The notes: generated from the letters alone by a model not told the origin. 64,000 nt of DNA from Parcubacteria group bacterium (GCA_041660065.1 JBAZXC010000002.1:240768-304767); one strand, 5' to 3'; shown: positions 11,887-21,556, numbered from the stretch's first letter. Numbers and translations: made by a program.

Positions 11887-12855
11887 ATGTCACGCGACAT
11901 TCATGCAACAATAGAAGACAGTGGCAAACGATTGGATAAATTTCTCGTAGAAAAAGATCCGTCTTTGACGCGCGGAGAAATCATTCGCATGATCCGGTCC
12001 GGCGCAGTGGAGATCAATGGCAAAAAAGCAAAACCCAGTTACACGATCCATGGTGATGAATATATTTTCATCGGTGCATATCGCGATAAATCCAAAGATA
12101 TCGTGCCAAATCGCAATCTCGTGATCGATGTCGTGGAAGGTACGGAAAATTTTATCGTGATCAACAAGCAACGCGGTTTGCAAGTGCACCCCAGTCACAG
12201 AGAGCGCTATGAAACACTGGTCAATGCCCTCTTGGCACGATTCCCGGAAATTGTCGGCGTAGGGGAGGATGAAGAACGACCGGGTATCGTACATCGCTTG
12301 GACAAAGACACGACAGGACTCATCATTGTTGCGCGTAATCAAAAATCTTTTGCAGACTTAAAGGAACTTTTCAGCCAGAGAAAATTACAAAAGACATATT
12401 ATGCCCTTGTCTTTGGTCTTTTTGCAGAAAAAAAAGGCGTGATCGATGCACCGATCGCGCGTGCAACATCGTACACCAAACAAAAGATCGCCTTCGGGAA
12501 ATACAAAGGTGACGCACGCGATGCCGTGACAGAATATGAAGTGGTCAAAGAATATACATTGGCAAATGGCATGGAATTATCATTGGTCAAAGTATTGCCA
12601 AAAACCGGACGCACACATCAAATCCGCGTACACATGGCGCACAGCGGACATCCGCTTCTCGGAGATGAGAGATACTACACCAAGAATGAAAAGAGGATAC
12701 AAATTACCATTCCCGAGATCTACGAACCACATACGTTTTACCTCCACGCAAAAGAAATCTCCTTTGACTTATATGACAAATCATACCACTATACTGTAGA
12801 ATATCCGGATCGCTTTAGTGCATTGTTGCAATATTTGCAATCTTTTGAAGTATAA
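11887..12855 (+). CDS. RluA/RluD-family pseudouridine synthase
   Basis: S4 domain (RLDKFL), GIVHRLDKDTTG and TGRTHQIRVH motifs. Confidence 0.95.
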   Translation: MSRDIHATIEDSGKRLDKFLVEKDPSLTRGEIIRMIRSGAVEINGKKAKPSYTIHGDEYIFIGAYRDKSKDIVPNRNLVIDVVEGTENFIVINKQRGLQVHPSHRERYETLVNALLARFPEIVGVGEDEERPGIVHRLDKDTTGLIIVARNQKSFADLKELFSQRKLQKTYYALVFGLFAEKKGVIDAPIARATSYTKQKIAFGKYKGDARDAVTEYEVVKEYTLANGMELSLVKVLPKTGRTHQIRVHMAHSGHPLLGDERYYTKNEKRIQITIPEIYEPHTFYLHAKEISFDLYDKSYHYTVEYPDRFSALLQYLQSFEV

Positions 12856-12886
12856 ATTGAGCTAATTTAATATGAATTCTTGCAGG

Positions 12887-12913
12887 TGTCATTCCCGTGA
12901 AAACGGGAATCCA
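12887..12913. repeat. REP-like palindrome (TGTCATTC... family)
   Basis: TGTCATTCCCGTGAAAACGGGAATCCA; related copies at 15840, 48417, 51631 and 53160. Confidence 0.75.
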
Positions 12914-12973
12914 CTGAATGCGCTAAAATATGATAACATTCCCATTGCCTAATTTCATTACAAATATATTTAT

Positions 12974-13381
12974 ATGACACAACAAATAAAGAAAAACGAA
13001 AAGAAGAAGTATCGCGTGAAACGTTCTCGTGCAGGCTTGGGGCTTTTTGCCGTTGAAAAAATCACAAAAGGTGAGTTTATCATCGAATACACCGGCGAAA
13101 AAATTTCACACGAAGAAGCAGACCGTCGCGGTGGACGATACCTTTTTATACTTACAGAAGAAATCGTTTTGGACGGAAAAGGACGAGAACACACCGCCCG
13201 CTATATCAATCATGCCTGCACACCAAACGCGGAAGCGGTAATTGAGGATGATGAACACGTAATGATCTATGCGACCAGAGACATTTTGCCACACGAAGAA
13301 ATTACATATGATTACGGAACTCAATATGTGGAAGAATTGATCAAAGAAGAAGGATGCCGATGTGCTGGGTGTTGTATATAG
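12974..13381 (+). CDS. SET-domain lysine methyltransferase
   Basis: GLGLFA, ARYINHACTPN, EEITYDYG and post-SET CRCAGC. Confidence 0.93.
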   Translation: MTQQIKKNEKKKYRVKRSRAGLGLFAVEKITKGEFIIEYTGEKISHEEADRRGGRYLFILTEEIVLDGKGREHTARYINHACTPNAEAVIEDDEHVMIYATRDILPHEEITYDYGTQYVEELIKEEGCRCAGCCI

Positions 13382-13516
13382 AAAAAACATGGATCTATAA
13401 AATTATTTTGTATAACAAAAATTAAAAACGACCCATCCTATGATAAGTAATGGGTCGTTTTTTTATTGGTAGTTAAATTAGAAATTTAATTTGACAAAAA
13501 AATAGTCATCCTTTGT

Positions 13517-14119
13517 TTATTGGCATCTTCTCAGGTCATCAATGATACGCAACAATACTGGATTTTTTAACTTACTCTCCGCTCCCGATAAAAATACGGA
13601 CAGATCTCTATTGTGTTGTTTTCCGTAAATGAACGATTGTATGCCTCTTTCTGAAAAATCCAACTCCTTTACGAACTGCGCCTCTGCAGTTTTTTGCTCT
13701 TCATACTCCTCCCAGTAAGTGATACAAAATTTCAACCACGGCGAATCTCCAAATATTTTGTAAATGGCTGCTCTTTCCCGTTTTTGCTTTTCTTCTTTTG
13801 ACATTTCCCCCGGCCTCGTATCACCTGCATAAACTTCCACAACATCATGAACCAAGATCATTATAAAAACTTTAAGTAGCTCGAGATTAAGTGAATGCTT
13901 GGATATAATCAAAAGCGCCAACATACACATCCCATAAACATGGTCCGCTACCGATTCACACTTGTCCACTGGGACATCTCGTCCTTTTTGTGGCCAACCT
14001 TGACGCAGTATCTGCTTGAGATGATTGACTTGCAAATAGATAAATAATATTGGATCAATTTGATCTTCCATTCCTAAAACCAAATGGACTGGGTTAGTGT
14101 TTTTATCGTTTATCTTCAT
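13517..14119 (-). CDS. HD-domain phosphohydrolase (YfbR/HDDC2-like)
   Basis: LKQILRQGW, ESVADH, VHDVVEVYAGD motifs. Confidence 0.88.
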   Translation of the reverse strand: MKINDKNTNPVHLVLGMEDQIDPILFIYLQVNHLKQILRQGWPQKGRDVPVDKCESVADHVYGMCMLALLIISKHSLNLELLKVFIMILVHDVVEVYAGDTRPGEMSKEEKQKRERAAIYKIFGDSPWLKFCITYWEEYEEQKTAEAQFVKELDFSERGIQSFIYGKQHNRDLSVFLSGAESKLKNPVLLRIIDDLRRCQ

Positions 14120-14306
14120 AATTTTCTCCTATGTTGAAGATATTTGTTAAACAACTATTGAATAATGAGGCTATCACATTATTTAGAAATAATCAAATTT
14201 TGTATCTGCCTGCATTCCTCAATCTCCCCAAATAATTTCTTCTGTTTCACTATTCGATCTTCTCAAAACAAAAAACAGCATTGACAGCTGTTTTTTGATC
14301 TCTTTG

Positions 14307-14378
14307 AGCGAGTGAGCGGAATCGAACCGCCGTTTCTACCTTGGCAAGGTGGTGTAATAACCATTATACGACACTCGC
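14307..14378 (-). tRNA. tRNA-Gly(GCC)
   Basis: Cloverleaf GCGAGTG...CACTCGC; anticodon loop TTGCCAA; T-arm GGTTCGATT. Confidence 0.93.
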
Positions 14379-14462
14379 CTGCCAAAATTTTTTATTCTTA
14401 TAAAAAACTTAGGCAGGCGCGCCCACATTAATTTTTTATTCTTATAAAAAACTTATGCGGAC
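14376..14462. repeat. Two tandem copies of a short palindromic element
   Basis: Core AATTTTTTATTCTTATAAAAAACTTA occurs twice, each closed by a GC clamp. Confidence 0.7.
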
Positions 14463-14510
14463 TCACTTGTGTTTTTTGATTTTTAACTTATAATTTTTGA
14501 TTTTATACCG

Positions 14511-14582
14511 TGGGACTAGCAGGGTTCGAACCTGCGACCAAGCGGTTATGAGCCGCGCGCTCTACCGCTGAGCTATAGTCCC
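14511..14582 (-). tRNA. tRNA-Ile2(CAT) (lysidine-modified; elongator Met not excluded)
   Basis: GGGACTATAGCTCAG...GGCTCATAACC...TAGTCCCA; paired 1-72 and no GGG/CCC anticodon stem, so not an initiator; tilS is present in the window. Confidence 0.85.
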
Positions 14583-14611
14583 CCACCAATCATGCTAGTC
14601 ACTCCAATATT

Positions 14612-15292
14612 CTATATGGTTTTTTTCATCTCGTCAATCCATCCAATCAATTCAAAAAACAACCGTACATTTGTGATCCTTACATGAATAGTGCCATGAG
14701 GTATTGTATTTTTAGCTCTTGTATTCTTACTATTATTTTTTACATGACTGACTTTCATAAAATTTTTTAGAGGTATTTTAGTTATTTTATGCCAATAATC
14801 CATAGATTTTTCTGCGTCAACATTCTTATGCGCAATGATTTGTATCTTCATGTTCTCTTTTGTAATATGAAGAAATTTTTCAAAAAAACGGATCATTATA
14901 GTAATCATTGCAGGATCTGAATTGGCAAAATCAATGCTTTTCCATTTACTGCCATAGGCACCTTTTTTATAGCCCTCTGACCAATACATTGCGACACCTG
15001 CAATAAATAAAGGGTCTTTAGTGTATTTATGGTATTGCAAAGCTGCAAAATCTCGTATCTTCTGGTGTTCCTCTTGAGATTTTTGAGTTTGTTGTCGATT
15101 CCTTTTTATGAGAGCTTTAACACTAGTATCATGTACACGCTTATGTATTTTTTCTTGCGCGAGTTGAGATAATGAAACATCTTTTAACCATGTGCTCAAA
15201 GTACTTTTTGGAATAGTCATTTTCTGAGATATTTGATTATAACTATATCCATTTCTGCGCAATTTTATAGCATCATCTTTGTCTTTTCTCAT
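14612..15292 (-). CDS. HTH plus degenerate LAGLIDADG-like protein
   Basis: N-terminal HTH (GYSYNQISQKMTIPKSTLSTW), then LFIAGVAMYWSEG and IDFANSDPAMI; very AT-rich; sits inside a tRNA cluster. Confidence 0.7.
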   Translation of the reverse strand: MRKDKDDAIKLRRNGYSYNQISQKMTIPKSTLSTWLKDVSLSQLAQEKIHKRVHDTSVKALIKRNRQQTQKSQEEHQKIRDFAALQYHKYTKDPLFIAGVAMYWSEGYKKGAYGSKWKSIDFANSDPAMITIMIRFFEKFLHITKENMKIQIIAHKNVDAEKSMDYWHKITKIPLKNFMKVSHVKNNSKNTRAKNTIPHGTIHVRITNVRLFFELIGWIDEMKKTI

Positions 15293-15351
15293 AAAATAAA
15301 TAGAACCTATAATACTATCAATGTACCATAGGTTCATATTTATAACAATGA

Positions 15352-15662
15352 TGGTGCCGAGGGAGAGAATCGGACTCTCGACACAAGGATTTTCCTTATA
15401 CTGTCTTATGTTTCCATAAGGATTGGACTATATCATTCCCGCTGAGCGGGATTGGGCGCTATTTGCAGGATTATTGTTGGGACTCACCTGCTAGTCTCTA
15501 CTCCTTCCTTAACACTTTATACCCATTAAGGCTTGGATCGGGATTGTCATAATTCTATAAGAACCGTAGATTTCCCCGAATTCACCCAATTTTTCTCACT
15601 CTATATTGCTATAGAGGGGACCGAAAATTCAGTCCTTTGCTCTACCACTGAGCTACCTCGGC
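15352..15662 (-). tRNA. tRNA-Phe(GAA) interrupted by an intron (exons 15662-15631 and 15394-15352)
   Basis: Joined exons give GCCGAGGTAGCTCAGTGGTAGAGCAAAGGACT|GAAAATCCTTGTGTCGAGAGTCCGATTCTCTCCCTCGGCACCA, a complete cloverleaf with encoded CCA. Confidence 0.92.
15395..15630 (-). ncRNA. Group I self-splicing intron (236 nt, no ORF)
   Basis: Inserted after U33 and ends in G. P1 is GGACU/GGUCC with a U-G wobble. Core motifs: AAUUCGGGGAAA (P), AAUCCCGAUCCAAGC (Q), GUAGAGACUA (R), GAUAUAGUCC (S). Confidence 0.92.
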
Positions 15663-15683
15663 TCACTCAAATATTCATTGTTG

Positions 15684-15757
15684 TGCACGCTGAGGGATTC
15701 GAACCCCCGACCCTCTCGGTGTAAACGAGATGCTCTAACCAGCTGAGCTAAGCGTGC
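15684..15757 (-). tRNA. tRNA-Val(TAC)
   Basis: GCACGCT...AGCGTGC acceptor stem; loop TTTACAC. Confidence 0.93.
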
Positions 15758-15839
15758 TTTTTATTGAATAGATCCACCAACTTATTTCATATGAATGTTG
15801 TTTTTTCTTTTATATAATGAATTTTTGACAAAAAACTTC

Positions 15840-15911
15840 TGTCATTCTGAACTTGTTTCAGAATCTCAAAACTATGGCTTATGTAGATGCTGAAACAAGT
15901 TCAGCATGACA
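15840..15911. repeat. Head-to-head pair of REP-like palindromes
   Basis: TGTCATTCTGAACTTGTTTCAGAATCT ... AGATGCTGAAACAAGTTCAGCATGACA. Confidence 0.8.
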
Positions 15912-15978
15912 TAGATATTAAATGAGATCAACAAATATCATTGTACAATATTTTTTTATTTCTTCCAACCTCTTCTCG

Positions 15979-16062
15979 TGCCCAGAGCGGGACTTGAACC
16001 CGCACACTCCAAAGGAGTCTAGGCCCTCAACCTAGTGCGTATACCAATTCCGCCATCTGGGC
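15979..16062 (-). tRNA. tRNA-Leu(GAG)
   Basis: GCCCAGA...TCTGGGC acceptor; CTAGG-TTGAGGG-CCTAG anticodon arm; long variable arm. Confidence 0.93.
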
Positions 16063-16101
16063 ATGCATATCACTTTTTTGCAAAAATGATATGTTCCAAC
16101 T

Positions 16102-16554
16102 TTAATTTGTCACTTCTTCCGCTACTTCCGCCTTTTCTGCTTCAACTACTTCTTCCACAACCTCTTCTTTTGCTACTGGATTTTCAACTTCTTTTTTCAC
16201 AATGTCTTTTGCATCTGTATATTTAAAACGCAATGCCTTTGCCACTTTGTCTCGTACATAATACAATTTTGCCTTGCGTACTTTTGCACGCTTTATCAAC
16301 TCGATCTTATCGATAAATGGAGAAAACATCGGCACCACGATCTCAACACCCACACCATTGGACACTTTGCGCACAGTAACAGTTGGAGAACTGCTTTGGC
16401 GTCCTTTGATCGCGATGATCATGCCCTCAAAGATCTGGACACGCTCTTTTTCACCCTCTTTGATCCTGCGATACACCTTGACGACATCTCCCGCGTAAAA
16501 ATCAATCGTATCTTTGCGTTGCGTTTTATTGAACGCGATTACTTCACTTCGCAT
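16102..16554 (-). CDS. rplS: 50S ribosomal protein L19
   Basis: GDVVKV...EGEKERVQIFEG...TVRKVSNGVGVE...KVRKAKLYYVR. Confidence 0.96.
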   Translation of the reverse strand: MRSEVIAFNKTQRKDTIDFYAGDVVKVYRRIKEGEKERVQIFEGMIIAIKGRQSSSPTVTVRKVSNGVGVEIVVPMFSPFIDKIELIKRAKVRKAKLYYVRDKVAKALRFKYTDAKDIVKKEVENPVAKEEVVEEVVEAEKAEVAEEVTN

Positions 16555-16731
16555 AAAAATATATAGTTAAAAATAAGATGGAAAATCGGTTGATTTTTTG
16601 TTTCAGAACACAAAAAATGCCTGCCATTACAGCCATAGCGCACCCCTTGTAAAACCTTTCACCATCATAGAGGAAAAAGCATTTTTCGTCAATAGTTCCC
16701 TGAATAAAGTAAAAACCGCCGGATCGTGATC

Positions 16732-17037
16732 CTAGCGGTTTAGTTCCTGGAGTGCTTGCAAGACGATTTCTCTTGCAGAGCATTTCGTCAAAAAATCAAT
16801 GTGTAGCCACCATTCTCCTTGTGGAGAAAAGATGTTTTGTGAAAGAGAGATAAAAATACTCTCATCTGAAAATTTTCTTTTTTCGTGAAGAAGCGTACGC
16901 TCCATCACCTCTTCCACATTCGCATTACCCTGCGTGTACACGCGGTAGATCCTTGCGCCAATCCTTGCAAGGATATATTCCGCATTGCGTTCCGTCGTAC
17001 GAATGCACACGCCCTGTGCATTAAATTCGATGATCAT
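16732..17037 (-). CDS. Hypothetical protein
   Basis: AGGAGG SD, TTGACA-17-TATAAT promoter (17112-17084) and a downstream hairpin. Confidence 0.7.
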   Translation of the reverse strand: MIIEFNAQGVCIRTTERNAEYILARIGARIYRVYTQGNANVEEVMERTLLHEKRKFSDESIFISLSQNIFSPQGEWWLHIDFLTKCSAREIVLQALQELNR

Positions 17038-17155
17038 ATGATCCTCCTGTCCAAAATTAAAGAACGTAAATTCATAACAGGATATTATAGATCATAATTC
17101 TGATTTTGTCAAGAGCTGGCTTCATGTTTCACGAAACCAGCTCTTATGCCTTTTA

Positions 17156-17341
17156 TCAAACAAAAAGACTGGTCAGAACCGTAGTGATTACGCCTCCAAC
17201 AAATAATCCGATTGTTCCGGAGATTGCAGGACAGGGATCATTGTGATGTCTACTCCATGTGAAAAACCTCCACCCACACGCAAGCGCAACGATCACCACG
17301 ACACCTATCCGTATTACATCTCGATCTGCGATCCATTCCAT
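17156..17341 (-). CDS. Small two-TM membrane protein
   Basis: GAGGAGG SD upstream of ATG 17341 (MEWIADRD...); two hydrophobic segments. Confidence 0.6.
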   Translation of the reverse strand: MEWIADRDVIRIGVVVIVALACGWRFFTWSRHHNDPCPAISGTIGLFVGGVITTVLTSLFV

Positions 17342-17426
17342 TCTTTCCTCCTCTGTTTTCTTGACGTATGATTTCTCCTTTATATTGCCCACGGTACCAT
17401 CAAAAAACAAAATAATCAAGGCTTCA

Positions 17427-18398
17427 TCAATCATTGATGATTTCCTCCATCTTTACATTGATCACGCCCGCGCCAAGCGATGCGATCTTTTCAAATGCCA
17501 CTTTATCCAAGTCGATGATACGGCCGGCAACAAAAGGCCCACGATCATTGATACGCACGATCACAGACTTTCCATTCTCTTGATTGGTCACGCGCGCATA
17601 CGAGCCGATCGGCATCCATGGATTTGCCGCACTGAGCGTCCCTGTGTGAGCATACCATGAGCATGCTCCCGTATGCTTCTTACCCACCACAACCTTTGTA
17701 CCCTGCACCACTATCTCGGTCACAGGCTCTTTGGTCACGGTTTCGCTTTTGACATCGCGCGCCACTTCTTCCCCATTATGATATGCCACTTCATAGATAA
17801 TTTCTTTTGCACCATTTTCTCCTTTTTGCTTTGTAAAACGCTTGAGAAAATTCACCGTGTCATCTTCATTTTCTTCCGTTTTAAATGGGATCTTTTTTGT
17901 CACGGTTTCTTCTTTGATGATCACGCGGATGATCGTCGCCTCCATGTCACCATAGACCACCACATCTTTTGCCGGTTTGACGATATCATCCTTTGCGATC
18001 GTCACACCGCCACGAATTATCGCTTGTAACAAATTATCACGAAATGTGTGGATCTCCTTCTTGTTATCATCAACTTCCACCGTGACTACATGATCACGAT
18101 CGATCGTGATCACATCATCATCAAACACCGCCATGTCCCGCGCAGGAAAAACACGATCACGCTCTCCGATCGACGGATCATAATATGCCAGCACATCCGC
18201 AACAGTCTTGGCGGGCACATCACGCAAATCGGTCTTGCGACCATCATCATTGATCACAATATGATGCATGTCGGACGATTGCACAAATTGATGCGCCGGA
18301 CGCAGAAAAAGTGCCCCTGCAATCACGCCGACAATACCGCACAAAACAACCCCAAAAGCCACTTTTTGAATCAATTTTCTCCGCACCCGTTTATGCAT
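17427..18398 (-). CDS. Cell-wall protein with DUF348 repeats, G5 domain and RlpA-like DPBB domain
   Basis: TM anchor, G5 motifs (QKGENG...EPVTEIVVQGT), C-terminal VRINDRGPFVAGRIIDL. Confidence 0.88.
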   Translation of the reverse strand: MHKRVRRKLIQKVAFGVVLCGIVGVIAGALFLRPAHQFVQSSDMHHIVINDDGRKTDLRDVPAKTVADVLAYYDPSIGERDRVFPARDMAVFDDDVITIDRDHVVTVEVDDNKKEIHTFRDNLLQAIIRGGVTIAKDDIVKPAKDVVVYGDMEATIIRVIIKEETVTKKIPFKTEENEDDTVNFLKRFTKQKGENGAKEIIYEVAYHNGEEVARDVKSETVTKEPVTEIVVQGTKVVVGKKHTGACSWYAHTGTLSAANPWMPIGSYARVTNQENGKSVIVRINDRGPFVAGRIIDLDKVAFEKIASLGAGVINVKMEEIIND

Positions 18399-18442
18399 AC
18401 TCCCACTATTATATATGAATACAACAAAAAAATATATCCACA

Positions 18443-18512
18443 TGCTTTAAAATTTGCAGAAAACATGGTACATTTGCACTGTATGTTAGTAGGTGTTTTG
18501 CAACACCAAAAG
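18443..18512 (+). repeat. 5' flank element A, copy 1 (probable promoter plus hairpin)
   Basis: 67/70 identical to 21557-21626; TTTAAA-17-TACATT with extended TG; GGTGTT-TTGC-AACACC hairpin. Confidence 0.85.
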
Positions 18513-18681
18513 CTCACTTAATACGCGTATTTGAACACATTATCTACCCACAAATTTGCACAATGACCGGTTATGGCAAATGTCGCTTCGTTCATCTTTA
18601 TTTATTTTATAGAGAAAAAATAAGGCGTTTTCCTCACTATGCTACGAAAGCTGTTTATATTTAATTAATACGTGAAGTATT

Positions 18682-19869
18682 ATGAACGAGATGCAGATAA
18701 ATAATACACTAAAAACTTTGGTAAAGTTGATTGTCAAGAATAAACAAAATATTATTGATAGCAACCAACAAGACACCTCTGCTTGTTCAAATATTGATGA
18801 ATCAATGCTTGATAGATTAAGAATTGATGAAAATAAAATTTCAGGGATGATCGAATCTATTAATCAGACAGCAAAACTGGCAAATCCAAAAGGGAGAACT
18901 CTGTATACCTACCAACATGAAAACGGTTTAAAGATAGAGAATAAAACAGTTCCGTTTGGTAAAATTCTGATCATTTATGAGTCAAGGCCTGATGTCACAA
19001 TTGAAGCCACTGCTACCGCTTTTAAAGCCGGAAATAAAGTTTTATTGAAAGGAGGCAAAGAATCCAGGAATACTAATATTTTTTTGGTAAAACTCTGGCA
19101 AGAAGCCCTATTTCTAAATGGATTGGATAAAAATCATATAATCTACCTAGACATCAACAGAAAAAAAATGCAAGATGTGATTAGGGACAACAGCTATCAA
19201 ATTGATTTGATTATCCCAAGAGGAGGGGAGGGGCTTATTAACTTTGTTACCCAAAATACCAATATTCCTGTAATAATAAGTGGCAGGGGAAATAATTTTT
19301 TGTATGTAGACAAAGAATCCGATTTTGATATGGCTATCAAAATTATACTAAATGGGAAACAACGAGTGAGTGTATGCAATGCCTTGGATAAAGTTCTCAT
19401 TAATCAAGATGTGCCTGATATAAAATCAAAAATATTGAGCTTGGTCAACAGCCTAAAAACTAACAATATTGAAATATTAGGATCTAAAAATATATGTGAA
19501 TTGAATAATCAAATACAAGAAATTGAGGATGAATCAATGTTCGGTGAAGAATTTTTGTCTTTCAAAATATTGCTAATCTTAGTAAATAATATCGATGAAG
19601 CCATGGGCATGACAAACAAATACTCTGGTGGGCATTCAGCAAGTATAATCACTACAAACAATAAAACTGCAGAAAAATTTCAAAATGAAGTCGATTGTGC
19701 GGCTGTTTATCACAATGCTTCAACGAGATTTACCGATGGTGGTCAATTCGGATTTGGTGCTGAAATAGCAATAAGCACACAAAAATTACATTTTAGAGGT
19801 CCCATTGGAATAAATCAATTGGTCACGAACAAATGGTTTATTTATGGTAAGGGACAAATACGAAATTAA
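18682..19869 (+). CDS. proA: Gamma-glutamyl phosphate reductase
   Basis: IIYESRPDVT, DLIIPRGG, SVCNALD, NASTRFTDGGQFGFGAEIAISTQKLHFRGP. Confidence 0.96.
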   Translation: MNEMQINNTLKTLVKLIVKNKQNIIDSNQQDTSACSNIDESMLDRLRIDENKISGMIESINQTAKLANPKGRTLYTYQHENGLKIENKTVPFGKILIIYESRPDVTIEATATAFKAGNKVLLKGGKESRNTNIFLVKLWQEALFLNGLDKNHIIYLDINRKKMQDVIRDNSYQIDLIIPRGGEGLINFVTQNTNIPVIISGRGNNFLYVDKESDFDMAIKIILNGKQRVSVCNALDKVLINQDVPDIKSKILSLVNSLKTNNIEILGSKNICELNNQIQEIEDESMFGEEFLSFKILLILVNNIDEAMGMTNKYSGGHSASIITTNNKTAEKFQNEVDCAAVYHNASTRFTDGGQFGFGAEIAISTQKLHFRGPIGINQLVTNKWFIYGKGQIRN

Positions 19870-19894
19870 TCTTTTATCTAACAGATGTTAACTT

Positions 19895-20656
19895 ATGAAA
19901 AAGAAATTAATCCTGAAAATTGGGACATCAACCCTTACAGCTGGCACAAATAGAATTTCATACGCAAAAATTGAAGATGTCGCAAGGCAAATAATTGCGC
20001 TAAAAAATGATTATGATTTTGTTTTGGTTTCTTCCGGAGCCATTGCAACCGCAAAACAATTTGTTGAAATTAACGGATACAATAAACAAGTAGACTCAAA
20101 ACAGGCAATGTCCGCGATAGGACAGCCCAAATTAATGAAAATCTATGATGAAATTTTCAGTAGCTTTGGACTAAATATTGCACAATGCCTTATGACTTAT
20201 AGAGATTTTGAAGATAAAACAGCCAAAATAAACACCAAAAATACGATCAATAAACTTTTAGAGCACAACTATATCCCTATCATAAATGAAAATGATACAG
20301 TGGCGATTGAAGAAATTGTTTTGGGAGATAATGATAAATTATCAGCTCTTGTCGCAACAATTACGGATGCTGATTTATTGATCATCGCATCAGATATTGA
20401 TGGATTATATGACCAAAATCCGCACCTTAACAAAGAAGCAAAGTTCATCAAAGAGGTAAGGGATTTAAAACATGTTGCCTCTTTTGCTAAAGAAAAAAAA
20501 TCTGATCTCGGGACAGGAGGAATGACATCTAAAATTCAAGCTGCAGAAATTTGTAAAGAAAATAAAATCGAGATGTGGATTGTTAATGGAGGGAAAAACA
20601 ATTTTTTGATTGATGCTCTTCATGATAAAATACCTTTTACAAAATTTAGGTTTTAA
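19895..20656 (+). CDS. proB: Glutamate 5-kinase without PUA domain
   Basis: LKIGTSTLT, VSSGAI, IPIINENDTV, GDNDKLSA, GTGGMTSK. Confidence 0.96.
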   Translation: MKKKLILKIGTSTLTAGTNRISYAKIEDVARQIIALKNDYDFVLVSSGAIATAKQFVEINGYNKQVDSKQAMSAIGQPKLMKIYDEIFSSFGLNIAQCLMTYRDFEDKTAKINTKNTINKLLEHNYIPIINENDTVAIEEIVLGDNDKLSALVATITDADLLIIASDIDGLYDQNPHLNKEAKFIKEVRDLKHVASFAKEKKSDLGTGGMTSKIQAAEICKENKIEMWIVNGGKNNFLIDALHDKIPFTKFRF

Positions 20657-20659
20657 AAT

Positions 20660-21433
20660 ATGAAACACGGTTTTATAGGATTTGGAAACTTAGCAAAAGC
20701 AGTTCATCAAGGTTTAAAAAGCAATAAGGAACATTCTTTTGCCTATACATCCAAAAGTAATTCATTCGCGGAAATTCAATCATTTGAAAATCTATCGCAA
20801 TTAACTTCTTTTGCGGATGTAATTTGGTTATGTGTCAAGCCTCAAAATCTTACAGAGGTATTGACGCAACTTAAAAACATTGACCTTAAAAATAAGATTA
20901 TTATATCTCCTGTCGCAGGAAAGAGCATTGGTGTTATTGAAAATTATTTGGGTAAAAATGTAACCATAGTAAGAATTATGCCAAATCTTGCTATTGCATA
21001 CAAAAAATCAGTAATAGCATATTGTGCAAATGCGAAACATCACAGGCTTTTAAAATCACTAAAAAAAGATTTATTGACATTGGGTAAAGTAGTGGAATTA
21101 CAGGAAGGACATTATGATTTATTTACTGCAATTTTTGGAAGTGGTCCAGCATTTTTATTAGCAATACTACAAACACTTAAAAATAAAATAAGCGAATTGG
21201 GAATATCAGATCAAGAAGCCAATGATCTACTAATAGAATTGATAATTGGCACTACGACTTATTTTCAAAAAAATTGTACTAAAAAAAGTATTGATGACTT
21301 AATAAAAAACGTTACAAGCAAAGGAGGTACGACAGAGGCTGGATTGAACTATATCAAGAAAAATAATCTAAATAAGTTGTTTGAAAATGTTATCATTGAG
21401 GCCCAAAAAAAATCTAAAGAGATGAATACGTAA
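20660..21433 (+). CDS. proC: Pyrroline-5-carboxylate reductase
   Basis: GFIGFGNLA, VKPQ, RIMPN, GSGPAF, VTSKGGTT. Confidence 0.94.
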   Translation: MKHGFIGFGNLAKAVHQGLKSNKEHSFAYTSKSNSFAEIQSFENLSQLTSFADVIWLCVKPQNLTEVLTQLKNIDLKNKIIISPVAGKSIGVIENYLGKNVTIVRIMPNLAIAYKKSVIAYCANAKHHRLLKSLKKDLLTLGKVVELQEGHYDLFTAIFGSGPAFLLAILQTLKNKISELGISDQEANDLLIELIIGTTTYFQKNCTKKSIDDLIKNVTSKGGTTEAGLNYIKKNNLNKLFENVIIEAQKKSKEMNT

Positions 21434-21449
21434 GGAATTTTTGACCTAG

Positions 21450-21535
21450 CAGGAGCAGGTTTGTAACCTGCTCCTCTTTTTTTAAAAAAAGAAAAGCTCT
21501 CCTGTAGATGCCAATGGAGAATTTAGATAAAAAAA
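21450..21535 (+). repeat. 3' flank element B, copy 1 (terminator hairpin plus a second hairpin)
   Basis: CAGGAGCAGGTTTGTAACCTGCTCCT is identical at 24460; the downstream CTCTCCTG...CAATGGAGAATTT is also conserved. Confidence 0.85.
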
Positions 21536-21556
21536 TACCCATAAAATATGTATACG

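Noticed and set aside
12974-13381. SET-domain protein as a host-chromatin effector
   Set aside because: There is no signal peptide or secretion context, and stand-alone bacterial SET proteins are common.
14511-14582. Initiator tRNA-fMet
   Set aside because: Positions 1-72 are paired and the anticodon stem lacks three consecutive G-C pairs; the sequence pattern fits Ile2.
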